DNA of 64,000 nt from an uncultured virus (IMG/VR IMGVR_UViG_3300020577_001549) (Duplodnaviria; Heunggongvirae; Uroviricota; Caudoviricetes). Below the pieces are notes generated by a model that was given only the letters and a program-made list of their open reading frames with translations, was not told the origin of the DNA and ran no database searches. This document shows, one piece after another, positions 35,882 through 43,434 of this stretch. The stretch is from the IMG/VR virus record IMGVR_UViG_3300020577_001549; one strand, 5' to 3'. Position 1 is the stretch's first letter; each line of letters begins with the position of its first letter. A program made the position numbers and the translations under genes.

Positions 35882-36149
35882 ACTCCACCCCACCACAGGC
35901 CAGCAACACTCTGCAAATACCCATGGCCTCGGCCAGTGTCTTGTGCGTGCTTAGCACGACGTGGTCCAAGTTGTACGGGTCTTCTACGAAGAAGTGAACC
36001 ACGCAGTATTCCGGCACGAACGCAAACCGCATCACGCAGTACCGAAAGTAGAGCAAATGCGGGTGGCTGACAATCTCAGAGGGAACCCACTGCACATGGT
36101 CATCGAACACACGGCGCTCGATGTTGTTTCTCACGAGTACGTCATTCAT
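35874..36149 (-). CDS. Hypothetical protein (paralog family, HKTLAEAM)
   Basis: VQW; C-terminal helix motif. Confidence 0.6.
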   Translation of the reverse strand: MNDVLVRNNIERRVFDDHVQWVPSEIVSHPHLLYFRYCVMRFAFVPEYCVVHFFVEDPYNLDHVVLSTHKTLAEAMGICRVLLACGGVEYE

Positions 36150-36423
36150 TGTTGTGCCTTATCATGATCAGAAGCCTTGCGGCGTCGAGTGCTTCGGGTA
36201 GTTTCAGGTCCTTGAGCGTCCCAAGGTACTCGGAATACCCGAAGCCCACCGCGTACTTCACTACCCACATGCGGCATCGGTGTTTGTTCTTGACCTTGCG
36301 TGCTGACCCCAGCACCCACGAAGAAGGCCCCGTGCGTAGCCCCTCGGTGTCCGTGTTGTATTTCCGCAGTACCCACCTTGCTGATTGGCCCCCTTCGGAG
36401 CGTTCCCATTGAATGTTGTCCAT
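36142..36423 (-). CDS. Hypothetical protein (paralog family, KLPEAL)
   Basis: MDNIQW start. Confidence 0.6.
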   Translation of the reverse strand: MDNIQWERSEGGQSARWVLRKYNTDTEGLRTGPSSWVLGSARKVKNKHRCRMWVVKYAVGFGYSEYLGTLKDLKLPEALDAARLLIMIRHNNE

Positions 36424-36454
36424 GACTATTCTTTTAAGCTTAAAAGTTTGCGGC

Positions 36455-36703
36455 TCATGATAGTTGTGCTCCTGCGAGTGTCTGCAACACCAGCTTGGCC
36501 TCGTCGAGTGTTGGCATGACGCACTGAAACGTGTTGTTGGTGAACCCGGCGCTGACCCTTTGCTCACACAGATACACGCTGTACCCACGGATGTTGTCGG
36601 TGTTGCCCAGCATGCTCACCATGCCAACGCGCCTGTTCCCCCGATACAGTGAGTGGGTGCGCGGGTGGTTGTAGTTTGGCTGTACCCATTCGAGTTCGCT
36701 CAT
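36455..36703 (-). CDS. Hypothetical protein (paralog family, PTLDEAK)
   Basis: MSELEW start. Confidence 0.65.
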   Translation of the reverse strand: MSELEWVQPNYNHPRTHSLYRGNRRVGMVSMLGNTDNIRGYSVYLCEQRVSAGFTNNTFQCVMPTLDEAKLVLQTLAGAQLS

Positions 36704-36984
36704 ACCCATTTCCCTTGTATTTGCAGCACCCCAATGAGTGGGAGTACTTTGCGCTCGACTGCCTTCTTGGCCTTGTCGAGGTCGTCCCACCGTTGGCGGT
36801 AGATGTAGGCCCTCGAAGGAATCAGGTCAACGAAAATCCAGTTGAGGATAACGAACCAGCGCCCTGTGTCTGCGATGTAGACCAGCGTGGCTACGTTGTC
36901 CCACCGGTCAAGCGATGCCCCTGCCGCACGCCACAATAAGTTGTGAACAGAGGATGACTCGCCCCATTTGAATTCAAGTTCCAT
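36700..36984 (-). CDS. Hypothetical protein (paralog family, DDLDKAK)
   Basis: MELEFKW start; AAGGA RBS. Confidence 0.65.
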   Translation of the reverse strand: MELEFKWGESSSVHNLLWRAAGASLDRWDNVATLVYIADTGRWFVILNWIFVDLIPSRAYIYRQRWDDLDKAKKAVERKVLPLIGVLQIQGKWV

Positions 36985-37390
36985 GATTGGTTTCCTTTAA
37001 GCTTAAAAGTTCAGCCCGCACATGACAGGCGGGCATGAGCAGTACGGCACGGTGATCGCCGCATGCGGCCAAGAGCTTGACTGCGTCCACCGGCATGAGC
37101 AGCACATCATGGCTGTCGTTCCATGCAACCAGTGCGGCGATAACGCCCCAAGCTGCGGCCCAAGCTCCGCCCTGATGTGCGTCCCAAACTGCGTCCCGAG
37201 CTGCGTCCCAAACTGCGTCCCGCGCGGTGTCCCGAGCGGTGTCCCGAGCGGTGTCCCGAGCTGCGCCCCAAGCTGCCTCCCAAGCTGCGGCCCGAGCTGC
37301 CTCCCAAGCCTGTGGGTGTGATGTGAGTGTGGCCAAAACCCAGTCGATGTGCTTGGCGTTGGGCAGGTGTGCCCATGCTGTGGTGGTCAT
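36974..37390 (-). CDS. AWDA/ARDA tetrapeptide-repeat protein
   Basis: 12-bp repeats at about 37150-37310. Confidence 0.75.
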   Translation of the reverse strand: MTTTAWAHLPNAKHIDWVLATLTSHPQAWEAARAAAWEAAWGAARDTARDTARDTARDAVWDAARDAVWDAHQGGAWAAAWGVIAALVAWNDSHDVLLMPVDAVKLLAACGDHRAVLLMPACHVRAELLSLKETNHGT

Positions 37391-37638
37391 GGTTGTTCCT
37401 CACTTCCAGTTTGCTTTAAGCTTAAAAGAATGATCACCTTGACTGCGGCTTTGGCCTCGTCCAGTGTGGTGATGCCTTCGAGCGGGGTGGCGTAGGAGAT
37501 CATCGACCGATCAAGCGAGTCGCCAATCTTGAAGCTGTACTTCCCGTATGAGCAGTACACCGCGCCCAGCGACGGCAGGTTGAGGTCACTGTATGCAACC
37601 CAGAGGCCGTTAACAAATCTCCAATGAAAGTCATTCAT
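37387..37638 (-). CDS. Hypothetical protein (paralog family, TTLDEAK); first gene behind the early promoter leader
   Basis: MNDFHW start; AAGGGGAG RBS. Confidence 0.7.
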   Translation of the reverse strand: MNDFHWRFVNGLWVAYSDLNLPSLGAVYCSYGKYSFKIGDSLDRSMISYATPLEGITTLDEAKAAVKVIILLSLKQTGSEEQP

Positions 37639-37639
37639 A

Positions 37640-38139
37640 AATATCTCCCCTTATATACATTCAATAGTACATGGATGTCCATGTACTACAAGATATATAC
37701 ATATCTTTGGACTGCGATAGCGTGTGTCAGACTGGCATATCCCGGCTGTGCCGGTTCCAGTGCTCAAGCGTTCATCATGATTTCTCAGAGAGGACCGCAC
37801 GCATTTAGGCAGTGTGCCTGTGCATTGCATGGTGCTTTCTTCTTCGGTGGCGCTGGCCACACTACTCATACTCCACACCATGCCAAGGGCTGAACCTTGA
37901 CGCCTTCTCGTCTGTGGGAAGTGATCACATATCTATGTCGGGGGCCACAAGGGAAACCCCACGGTCTAGCCTAATTCCTACTACACGACTTTTGCATTGT
38001 TGCAACGGCGGCTTGATCGATGCCAAGAGTTTTAAGGTTAAAAGTTCTTGGTTAATCTTACGTGTCTATGAATTGTTAAAGAGCGAGAGCGCCACATGAA
38101 TAAGGGTCGCTGTGAGTTGGAGACGATTCTCAACTCGAT
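37640..38139 (-). ncRNA. Candidate structured leader / non-coding RNA (about 500 nt)
   Basis: Lies between a near-consensus promoter and the first gene; many hairpins; no convincing ORF. Confidence 0.4.
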
Positions 38140-38145
38140 ATATGT

Positions 38146-38174
38146 ATTGTACCACATAATAGGTATTGTGTCAA
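38146..38174 (-). promoter_or_regulatory. Strong sigma70 early promoter
   Basis: TTGACA-17 nt-TACAAT with extended TG. Confidence 0.85.
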
Positions 38175-38191
38175 GCCTTTTCTATACGTTC

Positions 38192-38218
38192 TGGGGGGCA
38201 CGTTGGCCCCCCATTTTT
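38192..38218 (+). terminator. Intrinsic terminator-like hairpin (U-tract on the + strand)
   Basis: tggggggc/gcccccca stem followed by ttttt. Confidence 0.5.
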
Positions 38219-38505
38219 CAGCCGTTTGCGATCTTCATGATGTCCTCGGGTGTCATCCCATGGAACTCAGCCAGCTTCTCCACGTCCCGGCCGAGGGCCA
38301 CGAACTCTTTGATGCGGGCGTTTCGTGCCTCGATGTCTGTCTTGAGGTAGGCAGTCAGCGCGTCGTGCAGGGCTTGGTCCAGTGATCCGCCTTTGGCCTT
38401 GAGGTCGTTGACCACTTTGATCGGCAGGACCAGCTCGACGGTGTGCATGGCTGGTGTGTGTGGCTTGGCCGGTGTGGCGCTGCGCAGTGGGGGTGTGGGC
38501 CGCAT
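38218..38505 (-). CDS. Putative small DNA-binding protein (RHH/HTH-like)
   Basis: LDQALHDALTAYL and VEKLAEFHGMTPEDI; GGGGGA RBS. Confidence 0.55.
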   Translation of the reverse strand: MRPTPPLRSATPAKPHTPAMHTVELVLPIKVVNDLKAKGGSLDQALHDALTAYLKTDIEARNARIKEFVALGRDVEKLAEFHGMTPEDIMKIANG

Positions 38506-38519
38506 GATAGTTCCCCCTC

Positions 38520-39428
38520 TCAGAACCCGAACTCAGGGTCGTACACATCGCGCTCTTTGGCCGTGCGGGTGTCCACTGGCGGAGCGTCTGCCTGTGCTGC
38601 CTTGGCAGCCTCCAGCGTGGGCATCACGAAGCGTGGCTTGGCCGGAACATTTAAGCTTAAAACTTCTGAGGGTTCGTCCGGTGTGGTGCCGTAGTTCTCG
38701 TACGCCGTGAACGCTGCATAGATACTGGTGGCCTTCTCTGACTTGGACGAGTGCGCGGTAACGAGGCCAGAGTACGCTGCATAGGCAGCCTGCACCCTGT
38801 CTGCATCGAGGTTGTACTTCTGGGCAGCGTCAGCGGCGCTCATTCCCACCAGCATTTCCAGCATGGCATCCCCGATGGCCGTGTGACGTTTGAACTGCTC
38901 GCGTGCCTCCACCTGCTCAGGGGTTTCGGGGTGGGCCACAAGGTTGCGGGTGGGTTTGGCCTTGGGTGTGGGGGCCTCGGTGGTGTCTGTGGTGTCGGTA
39001 TCGGGTTTGGGGCGTCGGCCACCCTCGCCGCGTGCAGCACGCTCGTGTGCAATGATCTGCCCGACACGCACCAACGACAAGTTGAACAGGATGGCCACCT
39101 GTGAATAGGTCTTGCGCTGATGGGTCACAGCGGCATAAATGGCAGCGTCGCGCTCGGTGTTTACCTTGGGCCGACCGACAGGTGCGGGTGCGGCAGGGGC
39201 GTTGAGGGTGCGTTGGGCATGGAAGATGGCCTCTCGCAGGGCTTTTGCAGTGGTGGTATCTGATGCGTGGGCCAACGATTGCAGGGCGGAGTAGGCCTCT
39301 TTCCCCATACCACTATATAGCTTGAGGGCCAGTGTGGTGGCATGTTCGATGGTGCCTTCGTGCCATTCGGTCAGCTTTTGGGCTGCGGCGGCAGGGATTT
39401 CGATGGTTACGGTGCGGAGTTCTGACAT
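38520..39428 (-). CDS. Multi-HTH putative transcriptional regulator
   Basis: GRPK, ERDAAI...TYSQVAILFNLSLVRVGQII HTH; second GMSAADAAQKYNL HTH; GAGG RBS. Confidence 0.65.
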   Translation of the reverse strand: MSELRTVTIEIPAAAAQKLTEWHEGTIEHATTLALKLYSGMGKEAYSALQSLAHASDTTTAKALREAIFHAQRTLNAPAAPAPVGRPKVNTERDAAIYAAVTHQRKTYSQVAILFNLSLVRVGQIIAHERAARGEGGRRPKPDTDTTDTTEAPTPKAKPTRNLVAHPETPEQVEAREQFKRHTAIGDAMLEMLVGMSAADAAQKYNLDADRVQAAYAAYSGLVTAHSSKSEKATSIYAAFTAYENYGTTPDEPSEVLSLNVPAKPRFVMPTLEAAKAAQADAPPVDTRTAKERDVYDPEFGF

Positions 39429-39519
39429 GATAGTACCTCGGGTGGTTGTGGTGGTATGCCGTTTGAAGGGCGGATTGGAGTGTACCACAAGTGCTATGGG
39501 ATGAAGTTTTAACCTTAAA

Positions 39520-40035
39520 AGATTGGTGAAATCATTGGGGGATGAGGGGTAAATGAGTGGTGGTATTGGATGGGGACGTTACAGGTTACAAAAGATTTTT
39601 TGATGTTACAAAATGAACAATGGGGATGTAGTAGGTATTGTGCGCCCAGTAAAGACGCGGGTTGGCGGGGCGATGGCGTACCTATTATAGATTGGGGTTA
39701 CAGATGCTACAAAGGGGGGTTTACAAACCTGAGACCCCAAAAGGGCACAAACTTTTAAGATTAAAACAATGCAAGCACCCGCCAAAGCCTCGACCAAATC
39801 CCCCAGCTTTCATGATCCCCCAAAAGCCTGTACATCTGTAACGCTCTTTAATAATAATAATATATACTATATACTCTCTCTCTCTCTCTCGTGCATTTGT
39901 ACACTGCAGTATTAGCCTGAAGATATCTAATTATCTTTAACTTTCTCGTTACGGCGTACACACCCCGATTTCCCCCTGTTTGTAACGTGTTACCAAAGCC
40001 AGATACTACCCATAGAATCTTTTAACCTTAAAACT
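39520..40035. other. AT-rich non-coding region with GTTACA repeats; candidate replication origin
   Basis: GTTACA at 39578, 39585, 39605, 39697; TGTAAC at 39837, 39981; AT-rich core with (ATA)n and (CT)n. Confidence 0.45.
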
Positions 40036-40199
40036 TCGGAGCCGCCTCGCCGCGCACGCCCGGTGCCTGCTGCTCATGCCGCCCTCCCGTGCCCTCGCTC
40101 TCGCGTGCGGGCTCGCGCACTCGCCCTCGCTCTCCCACACGGTCGCACTACTATCACGCGCCCCGCGCGGTGGCGGGGCTAGGCGGAAAAGTACAGACG

Positions 40200-40223
40200 A
40201 AAAAAAGCCCGCCGAAGCGGGCT
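40200..40223 (-). terminator. Intrinsic terminator
   Basis: AGCCCGC-TTCG-GCGGGCT followed by a T tract. Confidence 0.85.
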
Positions 40224-40235
40224 GGGGGGTGCGGG

Positions 40236-40430
40236 TCAGTGTATGTCAACATCATAGGCCACCAACACCACGCCTTCGGGGCCACGCCCCTCAGAGTCCC
40301 ATCGGGCCGCCACATCCTCGTCAACATAATCAATGGCCTCATCTTGGCTATCGAACGCGAGTTCCACGCCTTGCAAGTCAGCCATAAATTCCCCAGTGGT
40401 GCGGTCCATCCAAGTGTAAATCGTTTTCAT
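40236..40430 (-). CDS. Small acidic hypothetical protein
   Basis: AAGGA RBS; FDSQDEAIDY motif. Confidence 0.65.
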   Translation of the reverse strand: MKTIYTWMDRTTGEFMADLQGVELAFDSQDEAIDYVDEDVAARWDSEGRGPEGVVLVAYDVDIH

Positions 40431-40454
40431 TTTGTGTTCCTTTAAGGTTAAAGA

Positions 40455-40476
40455 GGACAACCCCTAGGGGTTGTCC
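40455..40476. repeat. Perfect 22-bp palindrome GGACAACCCCTAGGGGTTGTCC
   Basis: Intergenic; adjacent to the palindrome copy at 40440. Confidence 0.8.
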
Positions 40477-40484
40477 AATGTGGT

Positions 40485-41021
40485 TTACTTCTTAGCCAAG
40501 ACGGTTTCTTGGAAGTTGTCCAGGCGGTCGAGGCAAAGGTCAAGCATATCGGCCGCAAACTCAGTCAAACCCAACAAACGGGCCTGTGCAAGTGCCTTGG
40601 TTAAGGTTTTGTCCAAGTCCGTGCGGGTAGTGCTACTCACGCCCCCTGTCACTGGTGGCTTACCATTGCCGGTGGATTCACCCTCCGGCTTGTCTTTTTT
40701 GTTGTTAAGGTCACGCTGGAAGGGGATACCCTGCTCAAACGCAATCCAAAAGGCAGACTGGTAACTGGCGGCACTGGACTTGCTTACAAAACCGGCTTCG
40801 GTGATGGCGTCAAACATGGCTTTGATCTGACCGCGTGCAGGGTTTGTCTTTGCGTTGCCTTTGAGGAATTCAGCCTTTGGCTTGTCGCACGCAATCCACA
40901 TTGCGTCAAGGGCTTGATTGATAGCCTTGTCTTGGATGGCGCGAGCCTTTGCGACGGCTTTGGCTTCGCCCTCGAAGGACTTAATAACGCTGGTGATGAG
41001 GGTCTGATTGATAACGGACAT
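40485..41021 (-). CDS. Hypothetical early protein
   Basis: AAGGA RBS; own promoter. Confidence 0.75.
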   Translation of the reverse strand: MSVINQTLITSVIKSFEGEAKAVAKARAIQDKAINQALDAMWIACDKPKAEFLKGNAKTNPARGQIKAMFDAITEAGFVSKSSAASYQSAFWIAFEQGIPFQRDLNNKKDKPEGESTGNGKPPVTGGVSSTTRTDLDKTLTKALAQARLLGLTEFAADMLDLCLDRLDNFQETVLAKK

Positions 41022-41068
41022 GATGTTTTCCTTTAGGTTGTATCGCAACACAGTGCTGCGATGGATGA

Positions 41069-41097
41069 ATTATGCGCCTACTCATACATAATGTCAA
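41069..41097 (-). promoter_or_regulatory. Sigma70 early promoter
   Basis: TTGACA-17 nt-CATAAT. Confidence 0.8.
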
Positions 41098-41351
41098 CCC
41101 CTTACCTATACATTCAAGGTTAAAAGTTCCGGCCCCCTCGACCCCACCACACCCCGACCCCCACTTGTGGCAATGGGACTCCGCCCATCCGCTTACGCTG
41201 AGCGCAACATCCGCGACCGCCTCTAAAAATCCAAACTATATATAATTAACCCCCACCCCCTTATATACAGAAACACCCCCGTCAAAAAATAAAACCCCAT
41301 CCTCAAAAATTACAATACAATCCGCCCATCATCAGGAGCGCTTTTTCCTCC

Positions 41352-41903
41352 ATGGCCTACCAGACCACCATCGATTTCAACATCCCGATTGCGGATTTCT
41401 CGCCAACGTTCGAGTCCCTTGAGACCCGAGTGGCTGCCGCCATGGCTGCGATCGTGGATACCGACAGCCTGCCAGACCCTGCAGACGTCACCGAAGAAGA
41501 CAAAGACACGGCCCGGGCCATCTTTTCTGGCCACCAGCTGGCCTCCGACCAAGACCTTTCCTCCCCACCGGTGGTTGTGTACCTGCAATCGCTCCTGAAC
41601 GAGTACGACAAGGTCGTGATCAAGTCGGCCGCGCAGCTGCGAACCTTCGTCACCAACAAGCTCATCGCGGAAACGGCCAATGCCGACCCCCGCATCCGCC
41701 TGAAATCACTCGAACTGCTGGGCAAAGTGTCCGACGTGGGGCTGTTCACGGACAAAACCGAGATCACGATGCGCCACAAGCCCACCGAAGAGCTCGAGCA
41801 GCTGCTGCGCGAGCGCCTGACCAAGGTGATTGAGGCCGAAGCGACGCCAACTGTGCGCCCACCCATTGCCGACATCTCTGTTGACGACGTGGAAACCCAC
41901 TAA
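41352..41903 (+). CDS. Probable terminase small subunit
   Basis: Immediately upstream of the large subunit; RLKSLELLGK...GLFTDK motif. Confidence 0.7.
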   Translation: MAYQTTIDFNIPIADFSPTFESLETRVAAAMAAIVDTDSLPDPADVTEEDKDTARAIFSGHQLASDQDLSSPPVVVYLQSLLNEYDKVVIKSAAQLRTFVTNKLIAETANADPRIRLKSLELLGKVSDVGLFTDKTEITMRHKPTEELEQLLRERLTKVIEAEATPTVRPPIADISVDDVETH

Positions 41904-41905
41904 AA

Positions 41906-43423
41906 ATGCAGCTCACCCCCGAAATCGTCGAAAAACTGGTGAAAAACATGCCTCACGAGGAGGCTGCCGAGCTTTTGGCCATGTTTGACGAGCTCGAGGA
42001 CCGGAAATTGGTGCAGGCGGCGCAAAATGACTTCTTGGCGTTCATCGCCGCGGTCGATAAGGCCTACAAATTCGGTGCCCACCTCAAAAGGCTGGGCCAC
42101 CTCCTCATGGATGTGGAGGAGAACATCAAAAACCGCATTGCCGTGAGCATGGCACCGCGTATGGGCAAGTCCCAGATGATCTCCATCTACTACCCCGCTT
42201 GGTATCTCGGCCGGCACCCGGATCACAAGGTCATCGTGGCGTCTCACACCTCCGATCTGGCGGTGGTGATGGCGCGAAAGGTGCGAAACCTGATCCACTC
42301 GCCTGCCTACGCCCGGATTTTCCCGGACACCAAGATCGCACCAGATGCCAAAGCCGCGGCCCAGTGGAACACCACTGCCGGCGGTGAGTATTTTGCGATC
42401 GGTGTTGGCGGCGCGTTGGCCGGCCGAGGTGCCCACCTGATCATTGCCGACGATCCGCTGTCGGAGCAGGACATCAAAGCGGGCAACACCAACTCACTGG
42501 ACACCGTGTACGAGTGGTTCAGCGCCGGTCTGCGCACTCGCTTGATGCCGGACGGGAAAATCTGCGTGCTGCACACGCGCTGGCACCAGCGGGACCTCAT
42601 CGGGCGGCTGCTCAAAGACAGCGCCATGAACGAGGGCGGCGACAAGTACGAGGCGTTCGAGTTCCCTGCCATCCTGAACGAGGGCACCGAGAACGAGAAA
42701 TCGATCTGGCCAGAGCAGTGGACGCTTGAGTCGCTTCAGCAAACACGGGCGTCGATGCACCACATCATGTGGCAGTGGTATGCCCAGTACCAGCAGAACC
42801 CAACGGCTGCCGCAGCTGCCATCATCAAGCGCGACTGGATCAAGTGGTGGAAAAAAGACACGCCCCCGCCCTGCGAATTCATCGTGCAGGCGTTCGATAC
42901 GGCGCTCACCACCAAGGAGCGATCGGACTTTTCGGTGTGCCACACGTGGGGAGTCTGGTACAGCGAGGAGGACGGCACCATGAACGCCATCCTGCTGAAC
43001 AAGGTCAAGGGCAAGTACGAGTTCCCCGAGCTCAAGACCATGGCCCACGAGCAGTACACCGAGTGGCAGCCCGACAGCGTGATCGTGGAGGCCAAGGCCA
43101 GCGGCCAGCCGCTGATCGACGAGATGCGCCGATCGGGCATCTTCGTGCAGGACTTCAGCCCGGGCAAGGGCCAAGACAAGATCGCACGCCTGAACGCGGT
43201 GGCGGACATGTACGCCTCGGGGCATGTGTGGTTCCCAGAAACCAGCTGGGCCTCCCAGACGGTCGAGGAGATTTTGGCGTTCCCTGCCGGTGAGCACGAC
43301 GACGAGGTGGACGCCATGACGCTGGCGCTGCAGCGCATCCGCAAAGGTGGCCTGTTGCAGCTTCGCACGGACCACGAGGATAATGACGTCTTCCACCGGG
43401 CCCGCCGGGCAGCGTACTACTGA
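41906..43423 (+). CDS. terL: Terminase large subunit
   Basis: APRMGKS Walker A, IIADDP, TRWH-DL, YQQNP, AFDTA, HDDEVDA nuclease motifs. Confidence 0.95.
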   Translation: MQLTPEIVEKLVKNMPHEEAAELLAMFDELEDRKLVQAAQNDFLAFIAAVDKAYKFGAHLKRLGHLLMDVEENIKNRIAVSMAPRMGKSQMISIYYPAWYLGRHPDHKVIVASHTSDLAVVMARKVRNLIHSPAYARIFPDTKIAPDAKAAAQWNTTAGGEYFAIGVGGALAGRGAHLIIADDPLSEQDIKAGNTNSLDTVYEWFSAGLRTRLMPDGKICVLHTRWHQRDLIGRLLKDSAMNEGGDKYEAFEFPAILNEGTENEKSIWPEQWTLESLQQTRASMHHIMWQWYAQYQQNPTAAAAAIIKRDWIKWWKKDTPPPCEFIVQAFDTALTTKERSDFSVCHTWGVWYSEEDGTMNAILLNKVKGKYEFPELKTMAHEQYTEWQPDSVIVEAKASGQPLIDEMRRSGIFVQDFSPGKGQDKIARLNAVADMYASGHVWFPETSWASQTVEEILAFPAGEHDDEVDAMTLALQRIRKGGLLQLRTDHEDNDVFHRARRAAYY

Positions 43424-43434
43424 AGGATTTTCCC

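Larger units (their letters stand above)
20499..41125. repeat. Dispersed palindrome TTTTAA-NN-TTAAAA (about 18 copies)
   Basis: Exact copies start at 25557, 27278, 29838, 31062, 32954, 34049, 36432, 38030, 39507, 39753, 40020; copies with 1-2 mismatches at 20499, 35165, 36995, 37414, 38649, 40440, 41112. Confidence 0.95.

Noticed and set aside
37651..37881. 76-aa ORF inside the early leader
   Set aside because: Unprotein-like composition, GGAG only 1 nt from the ATG, and it runs through strong dyads. Not called a CDS, although not excluded.
31622..39435. Recurring ACTATCATG at several start codons
   Set aside because: Short, and explainable as a preferred RBS-to-start spacer
25557..41125. 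Palindrome copies as CRISPR repeats, integron attC sites or terminators
   Set aside because: Spacing is irregular (hundreds to thousands of bp) with genes in between. No integrase or attC core boxes were seen. An all-AT 6-bp stem with a 2-nt loop is too weak for a terminator.
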